From the NCBI GenBank assembly GCA_934660865.1, contig CAKUIA010000003.1:30001-62000 (forward strand): a DNA stretch of 32,000 nt, written 5' to 3'. Each line of letters opens with the position of its first letter. The stretch's first letter is position 1. Origin of the DNA: an uncultured Opitutales bacterium. Lineage in GTDB: Bacteria > Verrucomicrobiota > Verrucomicrobiia > Opitutales > Intestinicryptomonadaceae. This document shows positions 1-7,738 of this stretch, piece after piece. Below the pieces are notes generated by a model that was not told the DNA's origin, made no database searches, and saw nothing but the letters and a program-made list of their open reading frames with translations. A program made the position numbers and the translations under genes.

Positions 1-1455
1 TTTGTCGGGCACCGGCTTTGCCGCCAAGAAAAGCCCGCCGGGCCTTTTGTTGCCCAAAAACACGGTGTTGTTCGAGCCGTCGGGGTTCATCGCCCAAAGG
101 TGGTGGAATGAAACCTGGCTGCGCTGGTTGTAGTCCCAACGCATATATACAACGCGGCCGTCTTTTAAAAGGGCGGGGGTGTCGTCTTGGTCGGGGTTTA
201 CGCTTATGTTGCGTATCATATTTTCCTTAGAATACCACCTGTGCAGATTGTTTGCCGGCACAAAAAGGCATTGCACGGTTTTCGGCTGGCGGTTTGAAAT
301 ATAAAGAATGTCGCCGTTGGGCATATAGCAGGGTTCAAAGTCGTCCCAGTCGCCCGTCATGGGCAAAAGTTTCAGGTTTTTGCCGTCTATGTCTACCTCG
401 TAAAGTTTAAAATGGTTGCTTGTTCCTTTTCTATACGAAAACAGAATTTTCTTTGCGTCGTAGTGAAGCCTGCAGTCGCGCACCGAGCCGTCGGGGTCGT
501 CTACAATATATTCGTAGTCGCCCGTTTTTATGTTGTAGCGCACAAGCTTGCCGCCCATGCGCGAAAACATTTCCTGGTTAAACCACAAGTCGGCTTTGGA
601 ATTGCCCTCGGGGGTTTCGGCGTATACGCTTTTGCCCACGTTTGCATACCAGTGCGCGTCCCGGCTAGACGACCTTACGCAAAAAACAACCTCGTCGCAG
701 CCGAGGGCTTGCAGTGCCTTTTGCTCGAACTCTTTTTGATAGTCTTTTATTTTAGGGTCCTGCTTGTCGTCGGAAAGGCTTATGTAGTCGTAGACAACCC
801 ATCTTTCGGAGTTTGCGCTTTTAAAACGGTGGGGCTTTATTTCAATTAAATTGTCTTTTTCCTTCAGGCTTTTGGCGGGAATGTTTATTTTAGACAGTGC
901 CGGAATGCCCCATGTTTGGGGGTGGTAGGCAACCACCGCCGAAATGTTTGCCTTTTCGTAGTTGAACTTGTGGGGGTTTGCAATGCGGGCAAGTTTTTTG
1001 CCGTTTAAAAATATGTCCAAAAAATTGTCGTGGCGGCAATATTCATCGGTCAGTCCTATTCTTAATATGTAGGTTTTGTCGGGGTGGCTTTGGGCCTTTG
1101 GCGCGTCGAACTTAATCGCGTAGTCGGCGGCTTGAGCCGAGCCGCTCCAGCGGCAGCCCGAAATTGGGTGTACAAAGGGCCAGTCTTTGTCTTTGTTTTT
1201 GCCAACAACAAAAGTAAAGTAGCGATTTGTGTCTTTAAAGAATTTTTCGCAGCCGTCTACGTCCCTAAATGTGCGCCTCGGCTGTGTATAGTCGTTGTTA
1301 TAGGCGTGGCGGTCGTCGGCTAAATTTGCAAAGGTTTTAAATTCTTTTGCAAAAGAGTCGGGCTTGCCTATTTGAAATATCGTTTCGCATTCTGCATAAT
1401 TGCAAAAGACAACTCCCGCAACAGCCGCAATTTTTAAGGTGTTTAAAAGTTTCAT
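1..1455 (-). CDS. Secreted protein, truncated by the window edge: signal peptide + N-terminal beta-sandwich (CBM-like / polysaccharide-lyase-4 domain III-like) + TolB/PD40-like beta-propeller
   Basis: Absent from the ORF track because it runs off the window. The reverse complement of 1453-1455 is ATG, preceded by GGGGGAG, and my hand translation stays open for all 485 codons down to position 1. The N-terminus MKLLNTLKIAAVAGVVFCNYA is signal-peptide-like. It is followed by IFQIGKPDSFAKEF, and later by the blade-like motifs DAHWYAN, NGDILYISNR and TPALLKDGRVVYMRWDYNQR. The plus-strand ORFs at 412-849 and 1084-1323 are antisense shadows of this gene. Confidence 0.6.
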   Translation of the reverse strand, partial: MKLLNTLKIAAVAGVVFCNYAECETIFQIGKPDSFAKEFKTFANLADDRHAYNNDYTQPRRTFRDVDGCEKFFKDTNRYFTFVVGKNKDKDWPFVHPISGCRWSGSAQAADYAIKFDAPKAQSHPDKTYILRIGLTDEYCRHDNFLDIFLNGKKLARIANPHKFNYEKANISAVVAYHPQTWGIPALSKINIPAKSLKEKDNLIEIKPHRFKSANSERWVVYDYISLSDDKQDPKIKDYQKEFEQKALQALGCDEVVFCVRSSSRDAHWYANVGKSVYAETPEGNSKADLWFNQEMFSRMGGKLVRYNIKTGDYEYIVDDPDGSVRDCRLHYDAKKILFSYRKGTSNHFKLYEVDIDGKNLKLLPMTGDWDDFEPCYMPNGDILYISNRQPKTVQCLFVPANNLHRWYSKENMIRNISVNPDQDDTPALLKDGRVVYMRWDYNQRSQVSFHHLWAMNPDGSNNTVFLGNKRPGGLFLAAKPVPDK

Positions 1456-1548
1456 AAATGCTCCCCCAAAAAAAGAAATATTTAAATGCAATTTCTAAAT
1501 TCCGTCGGCGCAAAGGCTATGCTTGCGGCAAAGTTTATGCAAGCAAAA

Positions 1549-2364
1549 TTAGCGGCGGTTTATAAGCAAATTCGGGTCGCTTTTTTTCATTACGCTTTTC
1601 GAGAGCTTTTTGCCGTCTTTGCCCAGCAGCAGCTTGCAGTGCGCAAAGGCGGGAATTTTCCAGCCGAAAGCGTTGTATATTGCCATTTGTTTTGCAGTGC
1701 TAAGCAAAAGGTCTTTGCCTCTTACAACTTCGCTTATCTGCATAAAATGGTCGTCTACAACAACGGCAAGCTCGTACGATGGGGCGTTTTGCCTCCGCCA
1801 AACAAGAAAATCGCCAAAATCTGCGCCCGCGGTAAATTCCTGCGCGCCCTCAAAGGCGTCGGTAAAGGCAAAGCTTTGCGCGTAGTTTAGGTTAAAACGC
1901 CAGTTTAATCGGTCGAAGTTGTCGGGAACGCTTCCCAATTTATACGAAGGGTCTATAAGCGACTTTTTAAATATCCTTTCGCCTGCGTCGTACCGCGAAA
2001 GGGGGCAGCTTTGGGCAATCTCTTTTCGGCTAAGATTGCACGGGTATGCCAAGCCCTTTTTTATCAGGGCAACCAAAATTTGTCTGTATAAGTCGAAGCG
2101 CCCGCTTTGCAGGTAGGGCGCAAACTGCCCGCCAATGCCGTAGCCTTCAGTACAGACAATGCCAAAGCGCTTTAGGTCTTTTACGCATTGTTCGATATAT
2201 TCGGGCTTGCAGCGGTCTTTGTCGATGTCTTCAATCCGCAAAACAAGGGCGCCATTGGCCTTCTTTGCCCTTAGGTACGCCGTTTTAAAAGTCTCCAAAT
2301 GCCCCGCGTGCAAAAAGCCCGAGGGCGTAGGCGCAATTCTTCCCCTGTAAAATGCGTTTGCCAT
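1549..2364 (-). CDS. gluQ: Glutamyl-Q tRNA(Asp) synthetase (truncated GluRS paralog)
   Basis: RGRIAPTPSGFLHAGH (HIGH-type motif), LRIEDID and KKLSKS (KMSKS-type motif). At about 270 aa it has a class I catalytic domain only and no anticodon-binding domain. I placed the start at the internal ATG (MANAFYRGR, 2364), because the track start at 2412 would collide with the divergent gene. Confidence 0.85.
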   Translation of the reverse strand: MANAFYRGRIAPTPSGFLHAGHLETFKTAYLRAKKANGALVLRIEDIDKDRCKPEYIEQCVKDLKRFGIVCTEGYGIGGQFAPYLQSGRFDLYRQILVALIKKGLAYPCNLSRKEIAQSCPLSRYDAGERIFKKSLIDPSYKLGSVPDNFDRLNWRFNLNYAQSFAFTDAFEGAQEFTAGADFGDFLVWRRQNAPSYELAVVVDDHFMQISEVVRGKDLLLSTAKQMAIYNAFGWKIPAFAHCKLLLGKDGKKLSKSVMKKSDPNLLINRR

Positions 2365-2411
2365 AATTTTTTGTTGTAAATACAAAGATGTATATTTAGC
2401 TTTGCGTTTCA

Positions 2412-3074
2412 ATGAAATTTACAGCTTTACTTTTGTTTGCGTGCGCGCTTTTTACCCAACTTTGCGCGGCGTCTACCGGCACCGACCTTAGGTGGCAAAG
2501 TTCAATATCAAGCTTTAAGGAGTACGATTCGGAAAATTCGTACCCAAAAAACGGCGTGCTGTTTGTGGGCTCCGACATTATAAATATATGGAAAACCGCC
2601 GACTGTTTTCCCGAATTTGGCGTTATAAACAGGGGCTTTGGCGGCTCCAACGTGCAGGATTTGTTCAGGTATTACAACGACATTATACTAAAATACAGGC
2701 CCGCCACAATAGTGATAGGCACGGGCGACGCCGACTGCGCGGGCAAGCGCCCGGCCGAAATGGTTGCAAGCGATTTTAAATCTTTGCTGGAAAAACTGCG
2801 TGCGGATATGCCCGACGCAAAAATAATCGTTTTGTCGGTTCCAAAAAGCCCGTCGCGCAGCGTATATTTCGACAAAATAGACGCGCTTAACGCAAAACTT
2901 GCCGAATATATAGACCAAAAGGGCGGCAAAAATACCGTGTTTTTCGACGTAAACGCGGTTCTTTGCGGCAAAAACAAAACGCCGCAAAAAGATATGTTCA
3001 GAAAAAATATGCTGCACTTTAGGCGCGCAGCCTATACCGAGATTTCGGAAAACTTGCGCAGCTTGCTGAAATAG
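2412..3074 (+). CDS. Secreted SGNH/GDSL-family esterase-like protein with non-canonical catalytic blocks
   Basis: Signal peptide MKFTALLLFACALFTQLCAAS. The block order is SGNH-like: FVGSDIINIW (GSD where GDS is expected), NRGFGGS, IGTGDAD, and NMLHF (NxxH where DxxH is expected). Confidence 0.6.
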   Translation: MKFTALLLFACALFTQLCAASTGTDLRWQSSISSFKEYDSENSYPKNGVLFVGSDIINIWKTADCFPEFGVINRGFGGSNVQDLFRYYNDIILKYRPATIVIGTGDADCAGKRPAEMVASDFKSLLEKLRADMPDAKIIVLSVPKSPSRSVYFDKIDALNAKLAEYIDQKGGKNTVFFDVNAVLCGKNKTPQKDMFRKNMLHFRRAAYTEISENLRSLLK

Positions 3075-3159
3075 CGCAGCTTGTGTGCGCTGCAATACTC
3101 CGTAAAAATTTAGTAAAAAAAGCTTGAACACAAACGCTGTTCCCGTTTTAATCAAACTT

Positions 3160-3903
3160 ATGAATTATCGTATTTTTGCTTTACTTTCCCTATTGTTCTT
3201 TTGTGTGTCGGGCTCGGTTTTTGCGCAGAATAAAACGCAGAACGCCGCTGCCGACGACGACATGCAACTGGAAACTTCCTCTAAAAAAGCCCCCGCAAAA
3301 CGCGGTGCTAAAAAGGGCGCAAAGGCCAACCAGAAAGACCCTGTTTTGGTCGAAAGCGTAGACTTTAAAAACGTGCAAATAGGCAGGGCAAACAACTGGA
3401 TTAGGGCAACGGTTAAACTGCGCTGCATAGACAATCCCGACGCCGAAACCAACAAAGACCTTAACCCCGACTGGGTCCGCAATGTAGAATTGAAAATCGT
3501 GTGCGCCTATAAAGACGAAAAAATGGGCTCGGCGGCAAACCCCAAGTTTGTTTGGTTTAGCTCCAGCGCCACGTTGTTTGCGATGAAGCGCAACAGCGCA
3601 AGCTCGCTTACTTTCTATATCCCGTGGGAGGCCTACAACGTATACAGAATAAAAGACACCCCCTACGCCTGGTTGGTAGACCTTTCCGTAAACGGCACAA
3701 ACTACCCGCTTACAAAAAACAACCTAAAACAGCGCTGCAGTTTGGGCACGCAGGGCAAAACCTTTGTAGAAAAGGCTGTTGCCAATTTAGACGCCAACAA
3801 GGGCGTTATGGTTCCCTACGAAAAGGCGCCTTTCTATGTCCAGTATAACGAGCTTAACTATATGGACAAAAACGGCGTTCCTCCCACATTGGTTTCCGAA
3901 TAG
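3160..3903 (+). CDS. Sec-secreted beta-rich protein with a Lys-rich linker; first gene of the pilus/secretin-like cluster (Amuc_1102 position)
   Basis: The ATG at 3160 gives MNYRIFALLSLLFFCVSGSVFA|Q, a classical Sec signal; the track TTG at 3124 adds 12 non-signal residues. A disordered basic stretch follows (KKAPAKRGAKKGAKANQKD), then a beta-rich domain. There is no class III (prepilin) G|FxxxE signal. Confidence 0.5.
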   Translation: MNYRIFALLSLLFFCVSGSVFAQNKTQNAAADDDMQLETSSKKAPAKRGAKKGAKANQKDPVLVESVDFKNVQIGRANNWIRATVKLRCIDNPDAETNKDLNPDWVRNVELKIVCAYKDEKMGSAANPKFVWFSSSATLFAMKRNSASSLTFYIPWEAYNVYRIKDTPYAWLVDLSVNGTNYPLTKNNLKQRCSLGTQGKTFVEKAVANLDANKGVMVPYEKAPFYVQYNELNYMDKNGVPPTLVSE

Positions 3904-3975
3904 TGTAAATTTTTAAACTGGGCGCAAGGCGCGGGCTTTGCCGCCCAAATTTTATAAAAAAACTTCAATAAAAAT

Positions 3976-5640
3976 ATGGCTTCGAAAAGCAAACTAATAA
4001 TAAATTGCGGAACAACATACGTAACAGCGGGGCTTTTTAGCTGCGACTCGAAAAAGCTTGTTCTGGAAAAGTTTTACGCCGAAGAGCTGCTTTACGACTA
4101 CTCCGACCAGTCGCAATGGTTGCCGGCTCTTACAAGCGCGCTTAAAAAAATGAACTTGTCGGGCAAGGCGGTGGTTATTGCCCCCGCAAGCATTATACTG
4201 CCCAAAACCATACAAGTTCCCCACGTAACCGGCGACAGGCAAAAGGAAGTTATCGGCTTTGAGGCCGCAAAGAACATTCCCTACGACCTTAGCGAAGTAA
4301 CATGGGACTATCAGGTTATTTCCGACGACGGCGTTGAAACCGAAGTATTGCTTGTTTCTATGCGCAAGTCGGCGGCAAACGATTTTTGCGATGCGATAAG
4401 CCAGGCGGGCGTTGTTCCCGAATCTTTGGAGGCTTCGTCGGTGCTAGACTATAACGCCTGGAAGCTCTTTTCTTTGCCCGAAAACGCCATTATGCTTAAC
4501 GTTGGGGCAAGAACTACAAATATGATTATCTCGCGCGACGAGGGGCTTTTTGTAAGGAGCATTCCCATAGGCGGCAACTCGCTTACGCAGGCCATTGCCG
4601 ATTCGCTGGGCAAAAACTTCCAGCAAACCGAGGGCATAAAAACAACTTTCTATTCGAACGAGGCAAACTACAATTCTTCCGACGCCGCCGCCGACATTTT
4701 CAAGAACAACGAAAAGGCGGTTATAAAGCGCATAAGCATGGAAATAAAGCGCTCTATATTGGCGTACCGCCGCAAGGTGAAAGACCCTGTTTCGAAGATT
4801 TACCTTACCGGCCGCGGCTCGCTTTTGCCCGACTTTTCGCAGATTTTGTGCGAAGACCAGGGCGTTAGTGTAGAATACCTTAACCCGCTGGAAAATTTGG
4901 CCATAAGCCCGAAGGTAGACGGCAACGTTTTAAATTCCAATTCGGCGGCTCTAAGCGAGCTTATTGGCGAAGCTTCGCGTTTGGTGTTGGGCGAAAAGGC
5001 CGTTGGCGTAAACCTTTTGCCGCCCGAAATAGGCGCGCACTTGGCATTCGAGGCAAAACGCCCGCTTTTGATTGTTTCGGCGCTGATTTTGGCGTGCTCT
5101 ACAATTTTGCCGTTTGTTTATGTAAACAATGCAATTTCGGCCCGCAAAAGCCTTACAAAAGAGCTTAACAGAGCCGTTCCCGCAATGAACGAGCGCATAG
5201 AGCAGGTTGCCGCCAACAAGGAGAAGGTAGACAAGCTTATCGCCAAAATAGGCGACTTGGAGGGCTTGGCAAACACCAAATCCAACTGGATGAATTTCTT
5301 TGTAGACCTTGAAAAGCGTATTGTAGAGGCCAAAGACGTATGGCTTGAAGGCCTTAACGTTGTAAGGACGGCCGCCGTAAAAGACGCAAAGGGCAATATC
5401 CGCAAAAAGGCTGAATATAAGCTGGAAGTAACCGGCCGTTTGCTTTTGCGCGATGTAGACCCGAAAGACCCCTCGCGCTACGACTCGGCAGCCGCAACAA
5501 AGCGCATAACCGATTTGTTAAAGACTTTCAAGAATTCGGATTTTATAACCGACTATTTGAATGTAAAGACAGACCCCACCAACCCGAGGGTTTTGAAATT
5601 TACGTTCACGCTGTTGGTAAACGAGAAAAAGCCCATATAA
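3976..5640 (+). CDS. pilM: PilM-PilN fusion protein (actin-like ATPase-fold PilM domain + INLLP motif, TM helix and periplasmic PilN-like domain)
   Basis: The N-terminal ~340 aa have PilM/FtsA-like grammar (LIINCGTTYVTAGLF, MLNVGARTTNMII, IPIGGNSLTQAIA, IYLTGRGSLLPDF). From residue 345 (nt 5008) the sequence is VNLLPPEI, which is the PilN N-terminal signature, followed by a TM helix (LLIVSALILACSTILPFVYV), a coiled coil and an alpha/beta domain. Confidence 0.75.
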   Translation: MASKSKLIINCGTTYVTAGLFSCDSKKLVLEKFYAEELLYDYSDQSQWLPALTSALKKMNLSGKAVVIAPASIILPKTIQVPHVTGDRQKEVIGFEAAKNIPYDLSEVTWDYQVISDDGVETEVLLVSMRKSAANDFCDAISQAGVVPESLEASSVLDYNAWKLFSLPENAIMLNVGARTTNMIISRDEGLFVRSIPIGGNSLTQAIADSLGKNFQQTEGIKTTFYSNEANYNSSDAAADIFKNNEKAVIKRISMEIKRSILAYRRKVKDPVSKIYLTGRGSLLPDFSQILCEDQGVSVEYLNPLENLAISPKVDGNVLNSNSAALSELIGEASRLVLGEKAVGVNLLPPEIGAHLAFEAKRPLLIVSALILACSTILPFVYVNNAISARKSLTKELNRAVPAMNERIEQVAANKEKVDKLIAKIGDLEGLANTKSNWMNFFVDLEKRIVEAKDVWLEGLNVVRTAAVKDAKGNIRKKAEYKLEVTGRLLLRDVDPKDPSRYDSAAATKRITDLLKTFKNSDFITDYLNVKTDPTNPRVLKFTFTLLVNEKKPI

Positions 5641-5678
5641 TTTGCCGGCGCAATCTTGCATAGAAAAAGGATTTTTAA

Positions 5679-6695
5679 ATGAATTACATAAAAAAGCACC
5701 CACTATTTTTTGCCGTAATAGCATTGTTGTTGGTAGCCTTTGTTGGCGGCGCGGCGTACGATGCGGTTTTGTTCGGCGATTTGTCGAAAGCCGAAAAGGC
5801 CTACAAAAAGGCGGCTTCGGCGTTTAAGGCCGCCCAAAACGAAGACCCTTCGGTAGAGTCGGTCGAAAAGTCGCAGCAAAACATTAAATATATTCAGGGC
5901 AAGCTCGACAAGCTTGTAAAAAGCCTAAGCCCGGCGTCTTCCGACATAATAAAGCCGGCCCCGATGAAAGAGGGCTTTGCCTTTGTGGAAGCCTTGCGCG
6001 GCATGGTAGATTCGTGGACGGCCGAAGCCAAAAGCAAGGACATTTACCTTAACGAAAACGAAAATTTCGGCTTTAAGAAGTATTATGTTGCAGGATCTAA
6101 CCCTCCCAGAGACGAGGCGGTTCCCGAATTGTGGAAGCAGGCTTCGGTTTTGGGCTACATAATGCACCAGCTTATAGATTCGAAAGACGAAAACGTGCCC
6201 ATGAAAATAAACAGCGTTATGCGCGAGGTTATTCCCGTAGAGATTTCCAAGGAGGAGGCCGCCGCCAACGCCAACAAGCGCAACACCCGTTCCAGGAGGG
6301 TTCGCCAAAGGGTACAGGCAAGCAGCGACACCTTTAAGATAGACGACATTGTTTCGGCAAGGGTAGACGGCAGCATAGACACATTGGCCTACAAAATTAC
6401 CTTTACCTCGCAAACCGACGTATTGCGCAATTTCCTTAACAAGCTTAAAGACTTTAATATTATGCTTGTTGTGCGCTCCGTAGAGGTAAAATTGGGAGGC
6501 CCCGTTAACGACGAAGCCGCTTCGGTAGATTCTTTTGAACAGGAACAGCCCGCCAAAGAGGGCGCCGAAAACGGCAAAGACGCCGCAAAAGAACCCATTA
6601 TTACCGACAATTTGTCGGAATTTACGGTTGTAATAGAATATGTTGAAATGGCCAAAGACGAAGACGTTTCGAAAGACCAAAAAGACAACAAATAA
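5679..6695 (+). CDS. N-terminally anchored PilO-like protein, Amuc_1100-family candidate
   Basis: TM anchor HPLFFAVIALLLVAFVGGAAY, then a coiled coil, a ferredoxin-like C-terminal part and an acidic tail. Segments line up with my recollection of Akkermansia Amuc_1100. FVEALRGMVDSWTAEAKSKDIYLNENENFGFKKY matches FQNELKTFRDSLISSCKKKNILITDTSSWLGFQVY. YKITFTSQTDVLRNFLNKLKD matches LEIAFQGDRESVLKAMNAITG. Confidence 0.55.
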   Translation: MNYIKKHPLFFAVIALLLVAFVGGAAYDAVLFGDLSKAEKAYKKAASAFKAAQNEDPSVESVEKSQQNIKYIQGKLDKLVKSLSPASSDIIKPAPMKEGFAFVEALRGMVDSWTAEAKSKDIYLNENENFGFKKYYVAGSNPPRDEAVPELWKQASVLGYIMHQLIDSKDENVPMKINSVMREVIPVEISKEEAAANANKRNTRSRRVRQRVQASSDTFKIDDIVSARVDGSIDTLAYKITFTSQTDVLRNFLNKLKDFNIMLVVRSVEVKLGGPVNDEAASVDSFEQEQPAKEGAENGKDAAKEPIITDNLSEFTVVIEYVEMAKDEDVSKDQKDNK

Positions 6696-6721
6696 CGGCA
6701 ATTTTTTGAAGGATTTTATAT

Positions 6722-7606
6722 ATGAACAAACATTACGATAAAATTTGCTTTGTATTGGCGCTACTGGTGTTGGCGGCAAGCGCGGTGTTCTATTTCTACA
6801 ATAGCCCGAATATTTCAAAATTCGAAAAGAAGGCAAAGGCGGCGTTGCAAAACGGCCCGCAGGGCGAAAAGTGGGTAGACAAAGATGCAAAGTTTACAAT
6901 TTCGCAGTCGATGGCGTGGGAAAACCCGCCTGCGCAGTCGGAAGACACAAGCTGGCTTTTTGAATTGTTTACCCCTCCCAAAATTTGGGTAGACAAATCC
7001 GGCAAATTCATAACCGAAGCCCCCATTACCGTTGCCGAAGTAAAAACTCCGTTCGAAATCAAATTCGCTTCGGTTACAAGCGCAGTTTACGGCATAAAGC
7101 TTACAGGTTATATAGGCTCGTCGGAAAACCCGATTTTCCAATTCCAAAATGCCGACAACAATATGGAATTTACGGGCAAAAAGGGCGTGCCCATATCCAT
7201 TAAAGACCCCACCGACATTAGCGGCAAAAGGCGCATAGACCTGGGCTTTAAGGTGCTGGACTTTAAAAAGTTTACAACCAAAAACGCCGACAACACCATT
7301 ACCATTGGTATGACCGTTGTTTTTGAAGACAAACGCCTAAGCAAACCCGTAGAGATTTCTACAGGCAAGCCCACGCTTTTGCCCGCCGAACGCCGCATAG
7401 AAATTGTGTCGGCGAAAGACCCGAACCAAAAATGGCTTATAAAGGCCAAGGGCGAAAAAATCGAATATAACAAGTCGGTTTACACGGTAAAAGACCTTTC
7501 GTTCGACAACGCTTTTGTTGTTGTAGAGCAACTTTTGCCCGACAACAAGGGCACGGTTACCAAAAAGCTGGACGCTTCGGGCGAGCACGACTTGGAAACC
7601 AAGTAG
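6722..7606 (+). CDS. Bitopic beta-rich protein in the PilP position (Amuc_1099 position); function unknown
   Basis: Single N-terminal TM helix (ICFVLALLVLAASAVFYFY) followed by about 260 aa of beta-strand-rich sequence. It starts 26 nt after the previous gene. No family motif recognised. Confidence 0.4.
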   Translation: MNKHYDKICFVLALLVLAASAVFYFYNSPNISKFEKKAKAALQNGPQGEKWVDKDAKFTISQSMAWENPPAQSEDTSWLFELFTPPKIWVDKSGKFITEAPITVAEVKTPFEIKFASVTSAVYGIKLTGYIGSSENPIFQFQNADNNMEFTGKKGVPISIKDPTDISGKRRIDLGFKVLDFKKFTTKNADNTITIGMTVVFEDKRLSKPVEISTGKPTLLPAERRIEIVSAKDPNQKWLIKAKGEKIEYNKSVYTVKDLSFDNAFVVVEQLLPDNKGTVTKKLDASGEHDLETK

Positions 7607-7622
7607 ACTGCCAAATAACCCC

Positions 7623-7645
7623 CAACAGCCTGCACAGGGCTGTTG
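7623..7645 (+). other. Intercistronic stem-loop between the PilP-position gene and the secretin gene
   Basis: CAACAGCC-tgcacag-GGCTGTTG gives an 8-bp perfect stem with a 7-nt loop, 17 nt after the stop at 7606. It is followed by a very AT-rich stretch of about 90 nt rather than a clean T-run. Confidence 0.35.
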
Positions 7646-7738
7646 TGTGTAAAATTTTTACAAAATAAAGCTTTTAAAAAATAAAAAAGACGTTATAGTC
7701 TGGATTATTAACTAAACGAAAATATACAACTAACAGAT

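Noticed and set aside
412-849. Plus-strand ORFs at 18-230, 412-849, 548-739 and 1084-1323 at the left edge.
   Set aside because: The minus strand is open for all 485 codons (1-1455) and has a signal peptide, an SD sequence and propeller motifs. The plus-strand ORFs are antisense artefacts.
5925-6890. 321-aa minus-strand ORF antisense to the Amuc_1100-like and PilP-position genes. Similar long antisense ORFs lie at 7901-8575, 13854-14438, 15075-16007, 25826-26701 and 27471-28196.
   Set aside because: Each is fully covered by a sense-strand gene with clear family motifs (secretin, lpxA, pdxA, permease, hisA). Their translations are low-complexity and rich in Arg/Phe/Cys or Gly/Val, as expected for shadow frames in GC3-biased or repeat-rich genes. 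None has a signal, motif or plausible start context.
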